A DNA stretch of 54,429 nt, taken from Verrucomicrobiota bacterium (GTDB taxonomy: Bacteria > Verrucomicrobiota > Verrucomicrobiia > Limisphaerales > CANJSG01). Shown here piece after piece: positions 27,868 through 38,108 of this stretch. Position 1 is the first letter of the stretch. Each line of letters opens with the position of its first letter. Location: contig JAYTUE010000186.1 in assembly GCA_043744715.1 (NCBI GenBank), positions 1-54,429 on the forward strand. The letters run 5' to 3'. Position numbers and translations under genes: made by a program. Under the pieces are notes generated by a model that searched no databases, was not told the DNA's origin, and saw only the letters and a program-made list of their open reading frames with translations.

Positions 27868-28700
27868 AACGTTCGATAGGAATCCTGCCTTTGCTCGGTG
27901 CCCTGTTCTTCCTGTCTGCGGCTTGCGGAAGCGCCGGGACCTTGGCTCAGTTCCGAACAACTGTGGGCGACATCGACGTCGAGCTTTTTGATCAGGCCAA
28001 GCCGGTCACGGTCCAGAACTTCATCCGCTATGTGAACTCCCCGGCCTACACGAATTTCCAGTTGATCCACCGGTGGGGTCCCGGCTTCGTCATCCAGGGT
28101 GGTGGTTTCTTTGTTGTGAACCGATACGCCACCAACCAGAGAATCTCTTACCTGCCGACCTTCGGGACCATCACCAACGAATACTCAGTTGGTCCCACTT
28201 ACAGCAACGTCTACGGCACGATCGCCATGGCACGCGCGGGTGGCATTACAAACTCGGCCACGTCCCAGTGGTTCATCAACCTGGCCGACAACTCCTTTCT
28301 CGACTCGGTTGACGGGGGCTTCACGGTCTTTGGCAGGGTCGTTCAGGGAACAAACACGCTGGAGAAGTTCCGCCCCCCTTATACCAACTCCATCCACCAG
28401 GCGAACATCGGCGGGCCATTGACGGAACTGCCCTACATCGGAACCAACCTGATACACGACGCTCTCATCTATGTTGATATCACCCTGCTCAAGGTCGCGG
28501 TCACCCCGTCGGAGGGCGGCTCGCGCAGCATAGCGTGGAACAGCGTCAGCAACCGCCTCAACCGCGTCGAATACACCACCAACTTGCCCCCGTCGTGGAT
28601 CACCCTCGCCACGACCAACGGCACCGGCGGCCGTTTCACGCTTACCGACACCAACTCGGCGAACTCCCCCGCCTTCTACCGTGTCCGCATAGACTACTGA
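27864..28700 (+). CDS. Secreted cyclophilin-type peptidyl-prolyl isomerase with C-terminal PVC-type beta domain
   Basis: Signal peptide; PVTVQNF, HR..PGFVIQGGG, GTIAMAR, SATSQWFINL and FTVFGRV motifs; ends FYRVRIDY. Confidence 0.88.
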   Translation: MKRSIGILPLLGALFFLSAACGSAGTLAQFRTTVGDIDVELFDQAKPVTVQNFIRYVNSPAYTNFQLIHRWGPGFVIQGGGFFVVNRYATNQRISYLPTFGTITNEYSVGPTYSNVYGTIAMARAGGITNSATSQWFINLADNSFLDSVDGGFTVFGRVVQGTNTLEKFRPPYTNSIHQANIGGPLTELPYIGTNLIHDALIYVDITLLKVAVTPSEGGSRSIAWNSVSNRLNRVEYTTNLPPSWITLATTNGTGGRFTLTDTNSANSPAFYRVRIDY

Positions 28701-28787
28701 GTGATGGGCCAGACCTGCTCGTCTTCCGAACGCCGGGCGAATAAACCTGTAACCCGAGCCAGCCCGTTCTCCTCTTCCCAGAAACAC

Positions 28788-29738
28788 ATGCGCGTCCTCA
28801 CATCGCTCCTCACAGCCGGCATCGTCCTGGCGGGCACTCTCCATTCCACCGCCGCCGAAGCGGCCAAAAAGATCCTGTTCTTCTCCAAGTCCTCCGGCTT
28901 CGAGCACTCCGTCATCAAACGGAACGCCGGACAGCCCGCCTACGCCGAGCAGATCCTGAAGGAACTGGGCGCCAAGCACGGCTACGAGTTCACCTTCCGC
29001 AAGGACGGCAGCCTCTTCAGCCCGGCCTACCTCGCCCAGTTCGACGCCTATTTCTTCTACACCACCGGCGACCTGACGGAAGCGGGCACAGACAAGAACC
29101 CGCCCATGTCGCCCGAGGGCAAGCAGGCCTTCCTGGACGCCATCAAAGGCGGCAAAGGCTTCGTCGGAACGCACAGCGCGACCGACACGTTCCATTCGCC
29201 GGGCAACAAGGCGAACGGAGAAGCCCGCTTCACCGGCGACACGGTCGTCGATCCCTACATCACGATGATCGGCGGCGAGTTCATCAAACACGGCGCGCAG
29301 CAGACGACGAAATTGGTCTGCAACGATCCGGCCTTTCCCGGAGCCAAGTCCGTTCCCGCCGGGTTCGGCCCGCAGGAGGAATGGTATTCCCTGAAGAACT
29401 TCTCGCCGGACCTCCACGTCATCCTCACGCAGGACACCGCCGGGATGAAGGGCAACGAGTATGCCCGGCCGCCCTACCCTTCCACCTGGGCGCGGATGCA
29501 CGGTAAGGGCCGCGTCTTCTACACCAACATGGGCCATCGCGAAGACGTCTGGACCAATCCCGTATTCCAGGACGTCCTCCTCGGCGGACTGAACTGGGCG
29601 ACGCACCGGATCGATGCGGATGTGACACCGAATCTCGCAAAAGCCGCGCCCGAAGCCTCAAAGCTGCCGACCTTTGCCGCACCCCAGCCCAAGGCTCCGA
29701 AAAAGAAGGAGGCCAAGAAGGCTGCTTCGGATCTCTGA
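28788..29738 (+). CDS. Secreted ThuA-like domain protein
   Basis: Signal peptide; FSKSSGFEHS, GFVGTHSATD and GRVFYTNMGH motifs. Confidence 0.82.
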   Translation: MRVLTSLLTAGIVLAGTLHSTAAEAAKKILFFSKSSGFEHSVIKRNAGQPAYAEQILKELGAKHGYEFTFRKDGSLFSPAYLAQFDAYFFYTTGDLTEAGTDKNPPMSPEGKQAFLDAIKGGKGFVGTHSATDTFHSPGNKANGEARFTGDTVVDPYITMIGGEFIKHGAQQTTKLVCNDPAFPGAKSVPAGFGPQEEWYSLKNFSPDLHVILTQDTAGMKGNEYARPPYPSTWARMHGKGRVFYTNMGHREDVWTNPVFQDVLLGGLNWATHRIDADVTPNLAKAAPEASKLPTFAAPQPKAPKKKEAKKAASDL

Positions 29739-29869
29739 CCCGCCGCGAACGGGCCGCTCAGCAGGGGACATCCTCTCCGTGGATTGACTGAGGGCGTCCA
29801 TCGGCTCTTATCTGTCGGCCAGTCATATCATCCGCTTTCCCGCACGGGTAAGGCTCACAACAGATCCGA

Positions 29870-31828
29870 ATGTCGAAAATCACCTCGCGCCTAAAGCTCC
29901 CTCTCATCTGTGTGGCGGCTCTGCTCATCGCGTCCACCCTGCTCCGGACCATCCTCGCGATCTCGTTTCCGGGCCCCACTTCGGTTCCGTGGACGGATTA
30001 CGTCCGGGCCTTCGCCGTTGGTCTGAGGTTTGATCTGACGGCCATCCTTGTTCTGACGATCCCCATCGCCCTGTGGTGCCTGCTGGTTTCGGAGAAGCGC
30101 TGGAAATCCAGGGCATGGCGGGCGGTTCTCTTGGGCGCGCTCTTCATCGCGTCGGCCGTGTTCACCTTCCTGTTCGTCGCGGAGGGGTTCTTCTTCGAGG
30201 AATTCCGGTCCCGCTACAACACGGTGGCCATCGACTACCTCATCTATCCGCATGAGGTTTTCGTGAACATCCGCGAGAGCTATCCCATAGGCTGGATCAT
30301 TGCCGGGTGCGCCACCGTCGGTGTCGTCATGACCTGGGTGCTCTCGCGCGGGTTTCGGGAAAAGAATCCCCTGACCCCGCAGCCGCGCCGACCGCTCTAC
30401 GCTTTCGTCTGGTTGGCCGTGACCCTCGGGCTCGTGCTTTCGGTCAACATCGAGTCGGCCCGTTTTTCCAGGGAACGGACGGTCAATGAACTGGCGAACA
30501 ACACCTTCGTCTCCGTCACGACCGCCGCCCTGACGCGCAACCTCGACTACTCCGCGTTCTATCCGACCTTGCCACCGGATGAAGCCTACGCCCGGACGCG
30601 GAAGCTTCTCACCAGTTCGAATGCGCCCTTCACCGGGGATCCACGCTCGCTCCAGCGGCGTGTGGCCGGAGACGCTTCGCGGCCCAAGCTGAACGTCATC
30701 CTCCTGTTCGAAGAAAGCCTCGGCTCCGAGTTCTGGGGCGTCCTCGGCCGGACGAACACCCTGACCCCGCGCATGGACGAAATCTGCCGGAATGAGGCTC
30801 TTTTGTTCGACAACATCTACGCCGACGGCAACCGCACCATCCGGGGCTACGAGGGCGTGTTCAGCAGTTTTCCACCGCTGCCGGGCGACTCGATCGTGGC
30901 CCGTGATCGTTCGGACAACGTCGAAACCATCGCCCGCGTTCTCCAGCGGGACGGCTACGACACCACCTTCCTCTATGCGGGCCGAGGCGTCTTCGACGGC
31001 ACGGGCTCCTTCGCGAAACGCAACGGCTGGACGAACTTCATCGAGCTGACAGACTTCAAGAACCCCGCCTTCCTCACCATCTGGGGCGTATGCAACGAAG
31101 ACCTGTATGACCGCGCCATCGAGGAGATGCGCGACCGCCACAAACGCGGCCTGCCCTTCTTCGTCACCACCATGTCGGTCTCCAACCACAAGCCCTTCAC
31201 CTATCCGAAGGGCCGGATCGCCGAGGACCCCAACGAACGTCGGCGAGAGAACGTCGTGAAGTATTCCGACTACGCCCTCGGCCGCTTCTTCGACATGGTC
31301 CGCAAGGAACCTTTCTGGACGAACACCATCTTCGTCGTCGCCGCCGATCACGGCGCGCGCGTCTATGGCAGCCAGACCATTCCGATCCAGTCCTACGAGG
31401 TGCCGGTCCTCGTGGTCGGCCCGGCCGTCGTGCCCGAACCGCGCCGGGTCTCGACTCTGGGCTGCCAGCTCGATGTCGCCCCGACGATCCTCGGACTGAT
31501 CGGCCGTCCCTACGAAACCGTCTTCTTCGGCCACGACCTGCTCCGCGACCACGATGTCCCGAGCCGCGTCCTGCTGAATCACAACCGCTCCATCGGCATC
31601 TACGCCGACGAACGGCTCGTCACGTTCAGCCTGAACAAGACGGTCGAATACTTCCGGGGAAACCCCAAGACGACCCAGATGCTCCGCGACGACTCCCCCG
31701 ACGAACGCAGCAAGGAACTGGAGAAGGACGCAACCGCGCTGTTCCAAGTCGCCGACGACCTCTACATGAACCGCCGGTTCCGGATCGACTCCACCCCGGT
31801 CGATCCCGTCGCAAAACCCCCGCTCTGA
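29870..31828 (+). CDS. LTA synthase/phosphoglycerol transferase family (alkaline phosphatase superfamily)
   Basis: Five N-terminal TMs; NVILLFEES, GNRTIRG, SNHKPF and AADHG motifs. Confidence 0.85.
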   Translation: MSKITSRLKLPLICVAALLIASTLLRTILAISFPGPTSVPWTDYVRAFAVGLRFDLTAILVLTIPIALWCLLVSEKRWKSRAWRAVLLGALFIASAVFTFLFVAEGFFFEEFRSRYNTVAIDYLIYPHEVFVNIRESYPIGWIIAGCATVGVVMTWVLSRGFREKNPLTPQPRRPLYAFVWLAVTLGLVLSVNIESARFSRERTVNELANNTFVSVTTAALTRNLDYSAFYPTLPPDEAYARTRKLLTSSNAPFTGDPRSLQRRVAGDASRPKLNVILLFEESLGSEFWGVLGRTNTLTPRMDEICRNEALLFDNIYADGNRTIRGYEGVFSSFPPLPGDSIVARDRSDNVETIARVLQRDGYDTTFLYAGRGVFDGTGSFAKRNGWTNFIELTDFKNPAFLTIWGVCNEDLYDRAIEEMRDRHKRGLPFFVTTMSVSNHKPFTYPKGRIAEDPNERRRENVVKYSDYALGRFFDMVRKEPFWTNTIFVVAADHGARVYGSQTIPIQSYEVPVLVVGPAVVPEPRRVSTLGCQLDVAPTILGLIGRPYETVFFGHDLLRDHDVPSRVLLNHNRSIGIYADERLVTFSLNKTVEYFRGNPKTTQMLRDDSPDERSKELEKDATALFQVADDLYMNRRFRIDSTPVDPVAKPPL

Positions 31829-31914
31829 GCAGACGCGACGCGTTTTCCGGCGAAGAAACCGCTTTCACAACACGTTCGCTGAATTACTCTCGGGTAAACC
31901 CCGTCCCCGACATT

Positions 31915-34158
31915 GTGTTTGCCCCAAAAGCCATCCTGTTTCCGGCCATCCTCGGGTTGGCGTTATTACCTTGGTCCGCAGTCGGTGCGCCTGCGGACAC
32001 GCGGGACGCCGGGATGCCGGTCTCCTATCGGAACGACGTCATGGCGGTCATCTCCCGCGCCGGTTGCAACGCCGGTGCCTGCCATGGGAACGCCAGCGGC
32101 AAAGGCGGCTTCAAGATCTCGCTCCGGGGCGAAGATCCCGCCGGCGACCATCTTGTGCTGACCCGTGAACTTTTCGGACGCCGCGTCAATCCACAGCTCC
32201 CCGACGAAAGCCTCCTTCTGCTGAAAGCCACCGCCAAACTCGCCCATGAAGGCGGCAAGCGGTTCGGGCCGGAAACGGAGGAATTCCGCATTCTCCGGCG
32301 TTGGATCGTCGATGGTGCCGAAGACGACGGTGAAACCGCTCCGAAGCTCCTCAGCCTGGAAGTGACGCCGCGCGAAGAATTCCTGGCAGAGCCGCATTGG
32401 CAGACGCAGATCCAGGCCACCGCCCGCTATGCCGACGGCACATCACGCGATGTCACCCGGCTGGCCGTCTATGAATCCGCCAACCCTCTCGTCACACCCG
32501 CCCTCGACGGCGGCGTCCGCGCGGACAAACCCACCGAGACGACCGTTCTCGTCCGTTACTTGGACCAGCAAAAGCCCGTCCGTCTCGCCTTCGTAGCCGC
32601 TCGCCCGGACTACAAGTGGAACGCCACCAAGCCGGCCAACTTCATCGACGAACAGATCTTCGCGAAGCTCCGCCGCTTGAAACTGAACCCGTCTCCCGGC
32701 GTCGCCGACGAAACCTTCGTGCGCCGCCTTTACCTTGACCTCACCGGCGCACCGCCGACGGCCGAAGAGGCGAAATCCTTCATCGCCGACAAGCACCGCG
32801 ACAAACGCACCCGCCTGGCCGAGGAGCTGATGGAGCGGCCGGAGTTCGCCACCTTCTGGGCGCTCAAGTGGGCCGACCTGCTCCGCATCGATGAACGGCC
32901 TCTCGACAAGAAAGGCGTGCAGGCCTTCCACCATTGGCTCCAGCGCGCCTTCGCCGACAACATGCCGATGGACCGCTTCGCCCGTGAGATCGTCGCCGGA
33001 CGCGGCAGCACCTACGACAGCCCGGCGGCCAACTTCTACCGCGCCAACCGCGACCCGGCGATGCGCTCCGAGGCCATCGCGCAGCTCTTCCTCGGCACGC
33101 GGCTCCAGTGCGCGCAGTGCCACAACCATCCCTTCGACCGCTGGACGCAGAACGACTACTTCGGATGGGCCGGCGTCTTCTCGCAGATCGACTACAAGGT
33201 CATCGAGAACAAGCGCCGCGACGACAACGACAGCCACGAATTCGTCGGCAAACAGGTCGTCGTCTCCGGCCGCACCGGCGACATGAAGCATCCGAAGTCC
33301 GGCAAGGTCGTCCCGGCCCGGATGCTCGGCGACAACTCGGCCGACACGGGCCAACCGGATCGCCTCGAACGCCTCGCCGAATGGATCACCAGCCCGAAGA
33401 ACCCGTTCTTCGCCAAGGCGCAGGTGAACCGCATCTGGTTCCACCTGATGGGCCGGGGAATCGTCGATCCCATCGACGACTTCCGAGCGACCAATCCGCC
33501 CAGCCACCCCGAGCTGCTCGATGAACTGACCCGCGAGTTCGTGAAGAGCGGCTACAACCTCCGCCACATTGTCCGGCTCATCGTCGCGTCCAAGGCCTAC
33601 CAGCTTTCGTCCGAGCCGAACGAGACCAACGCCGACGACGAAACGAACTTCTCCCGCAACCTCATCCGCCGTCTCTCCGCCGAACAGATCCTCGACGCCC
33701 AGACCCAGGTGACCGGAACGCCCGTCAACTTCACCGGCTATCCGCTAGGCACCCGCGCGGCCGAGGTCGGCGGCGTCCAGTCCATGCGCGCCCGGCGCAA
33801 CATGACCGATGGCGACCGCTACCTCGACCTGTTCGGCCGCCCGCCGCGCCTGCTCACCTGCGAATGCGAACGCTCCGCCGAGACGTCGATGGGGCAGGCC
33901 TTCCAGCTCATCAGCGGCCCGCTCATCAACGGCCAGATTTCCGCGAAGGACAATCGCCTGACGGACTTGCTGAAGTCCGGCCGCTCCGACGCCCAGATCA
34001 TCGAGGAGCTCTACTGGACGACACTCACGCGCCCGCCCAACGAGAAGGAGAAGGCCACCACCTCCGGCCTGCTCGTCAACGCGACGGACAAGCGCGCCGT
34101 CCTCGAGGACGTGACCTGGGCCTTGCTCAACTCGAAGGAGTTCATCCTTCGTCACTGA
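31915..34158 (+). CDS. DUF1549/DUF1553 protein (PVC-type, Cys/His motifs, Ig-like domain)
   Basis: GCNAGACHG, FVRRLYLDLTG, LQCAQCHNHP, NRIWFHLMGRGIVDP and WALLNSKEF motifs. Confidence 0.88.
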   Translation: MFAPKAILFPAILGLALLPWSAVGAPADTRDAGMPVSYRNDVMAVISRAGCNAGACHGNASGKGGFKISLRGEDPAGDHLVLTRELFGRRVNPQLPDESLLLLKATAKLAHEGGKRFGPETEEFRILRRWIVDGAEDDGETAPKLLSLEVTPREEFLAEPHWQTQIQATARYADGTSRDVTRLAVYESANPLVTPALDGGVRADKPTETTVLVRYLDQQKPVRLAFVAARPDYKWNATKPANFIDEQIFAKLRRLKLNPSPGVADETFVRRLYLDLTGAPPTAEEAKSFIADKHRDKRTRLAEELMERPEFATFWALKWADLLRIDERPLDKKGVQAFHHWLQRAFADNMPMDRFAREIVAGRGSTYDSPAANFYRANRDPAMRSEAIAQLFLGTRLQCAQCHNHPFDRWTQNDYFGWAGVFSQIDYKVIENKRRDDNDSHEFVGKQVVVSGRTGDMKHPKSGKVVPARMLGDNSADTGQPDRLERLAEWITSPKNPFFAKAQVNRIWFHLMGRGIVDPIDDFRATNPPSHPELLDELTREFVKSGYNLRHIVRLIVASKAYQLSSEPNETNADDETNFSRNLIRRLSAEQILDAQTQVTGTPVNFTGYPLGTRAAEVGGVQSMRARRNMTDGDRYLDLFGRPPRLLTCECERSAETSMGQAFQLISGPLINGQISAKDNRLTDLLKSGRSDAQIIEELYWTTLTRPPNEKEKATTSGLLVNATDKRAVLEDVTWALLNSKEFILRH

Positions 34159-34231
34159 TGCGATGAAAATCCGGCGATCCATCAACAACACAGAATGTCC
34201 TCCGAGCGGATCGTTGCGCCGCCTGTCATCG

Positions 34232-34392
34232 GTAGGGCGCGTCACTCCGTGCGCGCCGCCGCTGGGTCTCCGAAGCCCGCCCAGGTTTCAGCGGCTCCTC
34301 AGAAAGAATGCTCTTCTCTCCAAGCTTTCCACGAGTAACTGGACAGTCATCCCTTGGCCACGAGGCGGCGCGCACGGAGTGACGCGCCCTAC
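34232..34392. mobile_element. 161-bp GTAG REP doublet (REPIN-like) with perfect 29-bp arms
   Basis: gtagggcgcgtcactccgtgcgcgccgcc ... ggcggcgcgcacggagtgacgcgccctac. Confidence 0.88.
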
Positions 34393-34468
34393 CTCACGCT
34401 GGTTCGCTGAGATGGCCGGGGTGAGGGTGGCCGCCCAATTTCCTGAGAGGCCCCGATACGATTTCCCT

Positions 34469-34495
34469 TCCGCGTCTTCCGCGTTATCTGCGGTT
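34469..34495. repeat. Three degenerate 9-mer tandem units
   Basis: tccgcgtct tccgcgtta tctgcggtt. Confidence 0.5.
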
Positions 34496-34515
34496 CAAAC
34501 CCCGAGGCCCTTCCG

Positions 34516-35928
34516 ATGAGCAACCACATCCTTTCCTCCGCCTGCGCCAGCTTTCACCGCACCCACATGTCGCGCCGGCACGCGCTCAAGGTCGGTGGCC
34601 TCGGCATGTTGGGCATCACCATGCCCAAGCTGCTCCAGGCCGAGGATATGGCCGTCAAGATGGCGCTGAAGGCCAAGGCGAAATCCGTCATCTTCCTCTT
34701 CCAGTGGGGCGGCCCGAGCCACATCGACATGTTCGACATGAAGCCGGACGCGCCCGAGGGCATCCGCGGACCCTACAAGCCGATCTCCAGCAACGCCGAC
34801 GGCATCCAGGTCAGCGAACGTCTGCCGCGCATGGCCAAGGTGATGGACAAGGTCACGTTGATCCGGTCCATGCACCACACGATGAAGAACCACAACTCGG
34901 CCGGCTATTACGCGCTGACCGGGCACCAGCCGCCGGTGGACGACATCCGGCTGAAGGAGACGCTGGACCTGTATCCCGCGCTCGGCTCCGTGGTGGACCG
35001 CCTCGCCCCGTTGAGCACGCCGGAGATGCCGACTTCGGTTTCCTTCCCGCACATCATCAGCGACGGCTCCCGCACGCCCGGCCAGTTCGCCAGCTTCCTC
35101 GGCAAGGTCCATGATCCCCTGCTCGTCACGCGCGATCCGAACGCGTCCGATTTCAAGCTGCCCGAACTCAGCCTGCCCGCCGGCATGAGCTACGAGCGCC
35201 TCGAAGGACGGCGCGAACTCCAGAAGATCGTCGATGCCCAGTCGCGTCTCCTCGACCACTCGGCCGCCGCGCGCGGCCTCGATGCGTATTACGACAAGGC
35301 GCTCGCGATGCTCCATTCCCCCAGGCTCCGCACGGCCTTCGACCTGTCGAAGGAGTCGGACAAGATGCGCGAAGCCTACGGCCGCCACAGCTATGGCCAG
35401 AGCTGCCTGCTCGCCCGCCGCTTGATCGAGGCCGGGAGCAAGTTCGTCACAGTCTACTTCGACGCGTCGATCGGCGGCCAGAGCACCGAGACCGGCGGCT
35501 GGGACACCCATGGGTTCAACAACACGCGCATGTTCCCCATCGTGGAGAAACGCCACTTTCCCATCACCGAACAGACGTTGCCGACCTTCCTCGAAGACAT
35601 GGACAGCCGGGGATTGTTGAAGGACACGCTGGTCATCTGGATGGGCGAGTTCGGACGCACGCCGCGCATCAACGACAACGTCAGCCGCGATCATTGGCCG
35701 GACTGTTACACGGTCATGCTCGCGGGCGGCGGGGTGAAGCGGGGCTTCGTCTATGGCGCGTCCGACAAGCAGGGCGCCTATCCGGCGGAGAACGCCGTCC
35801 GTCCCGAGGATCTCACCGCGACCGTCTACCAGCTGCTCGGCATCGATCCGCACACGGAAGTCCGCGACGTCGGCAACCGCCCGCTCCCGATCTCCAACGG
35901 GAATCCCATCCAGGGAGTGATCGCGTGA
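34516..35928 (+). CDS. DUF1501 domain protein (Tat signal)
   Basis: SRRHALKVG; KSVIFLFQWGGPSHIDMFDMKP, WDTH, GEFGRTP and RDHWP motifs. Confidence 0.9.
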   Translation: MSNHILSSACASFHRTHMSRRHALKVGGLGMLGITMPKLLQAEDMAVKMALKAKAKSVIFLFQWGGPSHIDMFDMKPDAPEGIRGPYKPISSNADGIQVSERLPRMAKVMDKVTLIRSMHHTMKNHNSAGYYALTGHQPPVDDIRLKETLDLYPALGSVVDRLAPLSTPEMPTSVSFPHIISDGSRTPGQFASFLGKVHDPLLVTRDPNASDFKLPELSLPAGMSYERLEGRRELQKIVDAQSRLLDHSAAARGLDAYYDKALAMLHSPRLRTAFDLSKESDKMREAYGRHSYGQSCLLARRLIEAGSKFVTVYFDASIGGQSTETGGWDTHGFNNTRMFPIVEKRHFPITEQTLPTFLEDMDSRGLLKDTLVIWMGEFGRTPRINDNVSRDHWPDCYTVMLAGGGVKRGFVYGASDKQGAYPAENAVRPEDLTATVYQLLGIDPHTEVRDVGNRPLPISNGNPIQGVIA

Positions 35929-37787
35929 TTTCTGACGGCACGGGTCGATCAAAGCGACGCCAACTCAAGGTAGGGCGAGCTTCTAGCCTGCCCCGTCCCG
36001 ACCGAAGCATCTGCACGAGGCCATCGCCTGATCCAACTGTGGTCACACCTGGTCACACCAGAAGCTCTGTGGGCAGGCTGGAAGCACTGCCCTACCTTGC
36101 CAGTGACGCTGCGCGGCGACGTAAGCGCACTTCCTTGCTGTTCTTCGCCACGATGATCCTCCTCGCCGCTTTCCCCTGCTCCGCGCAGAGCCTGAAGGTC
36201 AACCGCGTGACGCCGCTGGGATTAAAGACGGGCGCGGCAACCGTTGTGACCGTGGAGGGAAGCAACCTCGCCGGCGCGACCAACCTGTGGCTGTCGGTTC
36301 CCGCATCCATCCGTCTGTTGACCAACTCCTCTTCGCGCAGCCAGTTCGAGGTCACGCTCGCCAAGGATGTCGTTCCCCAGGTCGCGGCCCTGAGAGTCGC
36401 CGGCCCTTCCGGAGCCAGCCCGCTCTTCACCGTGCTCGTCGACGACATCGAGACCGCGCCACGGATGTCGACCAATCGCTCTCCGACCAACGCCGCCTTG
36501 CTCGCCATGCCCATCGCCGTCGAAGGCAACGCGGAAGAGAACCGCAGCGACTACTTCGCCTTCCAATTGAAGAAAGGCCAACGGGTGTCCTTCGAGATCT
36601 TCGGCGCACGGCTGGGCAGCCAGATCGATTCGCTCATCCGCGTGCTCGACAGCCGGGGCCGCGAACGCGCCTACGCCGAGGACGACCCGATCGGCGGCAC
36701 CGACAGCCGGCTCTCCTTCACCGCGCCCGAGACGGGACGCTTCATCGCCGAAGTGCGCGACACCGCATGGGCCGGAGGCGACAAGCTGTTTTACCGGATG
36801 CGCATTGGGGAGTTCCCCCTCGCGCGCGCGCCCTTCCCGATGGCTGGGGACGCCGGCAAGAAACTGACATCCACTCTCGCCGGGGACGGCATGGAAGAAT
36901 CGCGTATCAGCCTCGTGATGCCGGATGATGCGGGGCCGACTCCTGTCGGCAATTTCACAGCAAGAGGTCGTCGTGCTGGACCTGCCGGGATCGTTTCGAT
37001 TCCCGTCAGCGATCTTCCCATCCAGCTCGAAACGGAACCAAACAACACTTCATCCAACGCGACCCGCATTGTCTGGCCGGGCTCGATCCAGGGCCGCTTC
37101 CAGAAGCCGGAGGATGTGGACTGGTATGAATTCGCCGCCAAGTCCGGCGACAAGGTCCTCGTCAACGGCCAGACGCGGAGCCTCGGTTCTGGCTGCGACC
37201 TGTCGATCGAACTCTTCGATTCCTCCGGTAAACGGATCGCGGGCACCAAACCCAGCGCGGCCGACGAAGGGACCTTCACCAATCGGATCGCCCAGACCGG
37301 CATCTACCGGCTGAAGGTCGAGGAATTGAACCGGTTCGGCGGACCTGGTTTCAGTTATCAGATCGATGTTGAGAGTGCCTCACCGAAGATGGTCGTTCGG
37401 GTCGACAGCGATCTCGTCGAAGCGACCCTCGGAGGAACAAACACGGTGAAGGTGTTCGCCAAACGCGCCGACTACGACGGGCCCATCCGCATCGAACTCG
37501 CCCACCCGGTCTCCGGAATTCAAGTCACGGGACAGATCCCGGATAAAAAAGAGGAAGGCGAACTCCGCTTGATGATCGATCCGTCGATCACCCCCGGCCA
37601 GATCCGGGTGATCCGCTTGAAGGCATTTTCCGACGACAAGGCCGGACTCGGCGTAAGGGTTGTGACCGCTGCGTCGTCCTCCGCCGCACCCACTCGCAAG
37701 AAGCCCAAGCCAACGGCCACAACCGCGGAAGTCGGCTGGCATGACACGGTCACCGTTTCGGTCGTCGTGCCAATTGCCAAGCCGTGA
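35925..37787 (+). CDS. Secreted PPC (pre-peptidase C-terminal) repeat protein; start uncertain
   Basis: DYFAFQLKKGQ, ETEPNN and DVDWYEF repeats; GTG 35925 overlaps the upstream TGA and has a GGGAG SD. Confidence 0.8.
   Translation: MISDGTGRSKRRQLKVGRASSLPRPDRSICTRPSPDPTVVTPGHTRSSVGRLEALPYLASDAARRRKRTSLLFFATMILLAAFPCSAQSLKVNRVTPLGLKTGAATVVTVEGSNLAGATNLWLSVPASIRLLTNSSSRSQFEVTLAKDVVPQVAALRVAGPSGASPLFTVLVDDIETAPRMSTNRSPTNAALLAMPIAVEGNAEENRSDYFAFQLKKGQRVSFEIFGARLGSQIDSLIRVLDSRGRERAYAEDDPIGGTDSRLSFTAPETGRFIAEVRDTAWAGGDKLFYRMRIGEFPLARAPFPMAGDAGKKLTSTLAGDGMEESRISLVMPDDAGPTPVGNFTARGRRAGPAGIVSIPVSDLPIQLETEPNNTSSNATRIVWPGSIQGRFQKPEDVDWYEFAAKSGDKVLVNGQTRSLGSGCDLSIELFDSSGKRIAGTKPSAADEGTFTNRIAQTGIYRLKVEELNRFGGPGFSYQIDVESASPKMVVRVDSDLVEATLGGTNTVKVFAKRADYDGPIRIELAHPVSGIQVTGQIPDKKEEGELRLMIDPSITPGQIRVIRLKAFSDDKAGLGVRVVTAASSSAAPTRKKPKPTATTAEVGWHDTVTVSVVVPIAKP
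35970..36095. mobile_element. 126-bp GTAG REP doublet, in frame with the PPC gene
   Basis: gtagggcgagcttctagcctgccc ... gggcaggctggaagcactgccctac; homologous copy at 54273-54399. Confidence 0.8.
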
Positions 37788-38068
37788 TCTGCGACCAATA
37801 CCTGCCTTGCTTCTTCAACAATCGAACCAAAAAGGAACAAACTTGGTCCTCACTTCGCCTGCAACCGTATCTGTCTCGTCAGCTACGGCATTGGCTTCTG
37901 GAACGGATCAACCAAACCACGCCCGAGCGTCAGGGCATGGGTTGCCCCCGACGCAAGGGATGTGACAGGAGCCGATCACGGCCAGGACAAAGCCGAGTAT
38001 GATCCGTTCATCACGCGCGGGAATCCGATTCCTGGCCGGGTGAACAGACCACGACACAGCCCCTCAAA

Positions 38069-38097
38069 TTGACACCCCATCCTCCGCTCCTTAGCGT
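38069..38097 (+). promoter_or_regulatory. Sigma70-type promoter
   Basis: TTGACA-17nt-TAGCGT, ending 11 nt before ATG 38109. Confidence 0.6.
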
Positions 38098-38108
38098 TAC
38101 AACAACCT

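Noticed and set aside
37784-38002. 72-aa ORF after the PPC gene
   Set aside because: No motif and atypical codon usage; the GTGA overlap alone is insufficient support.
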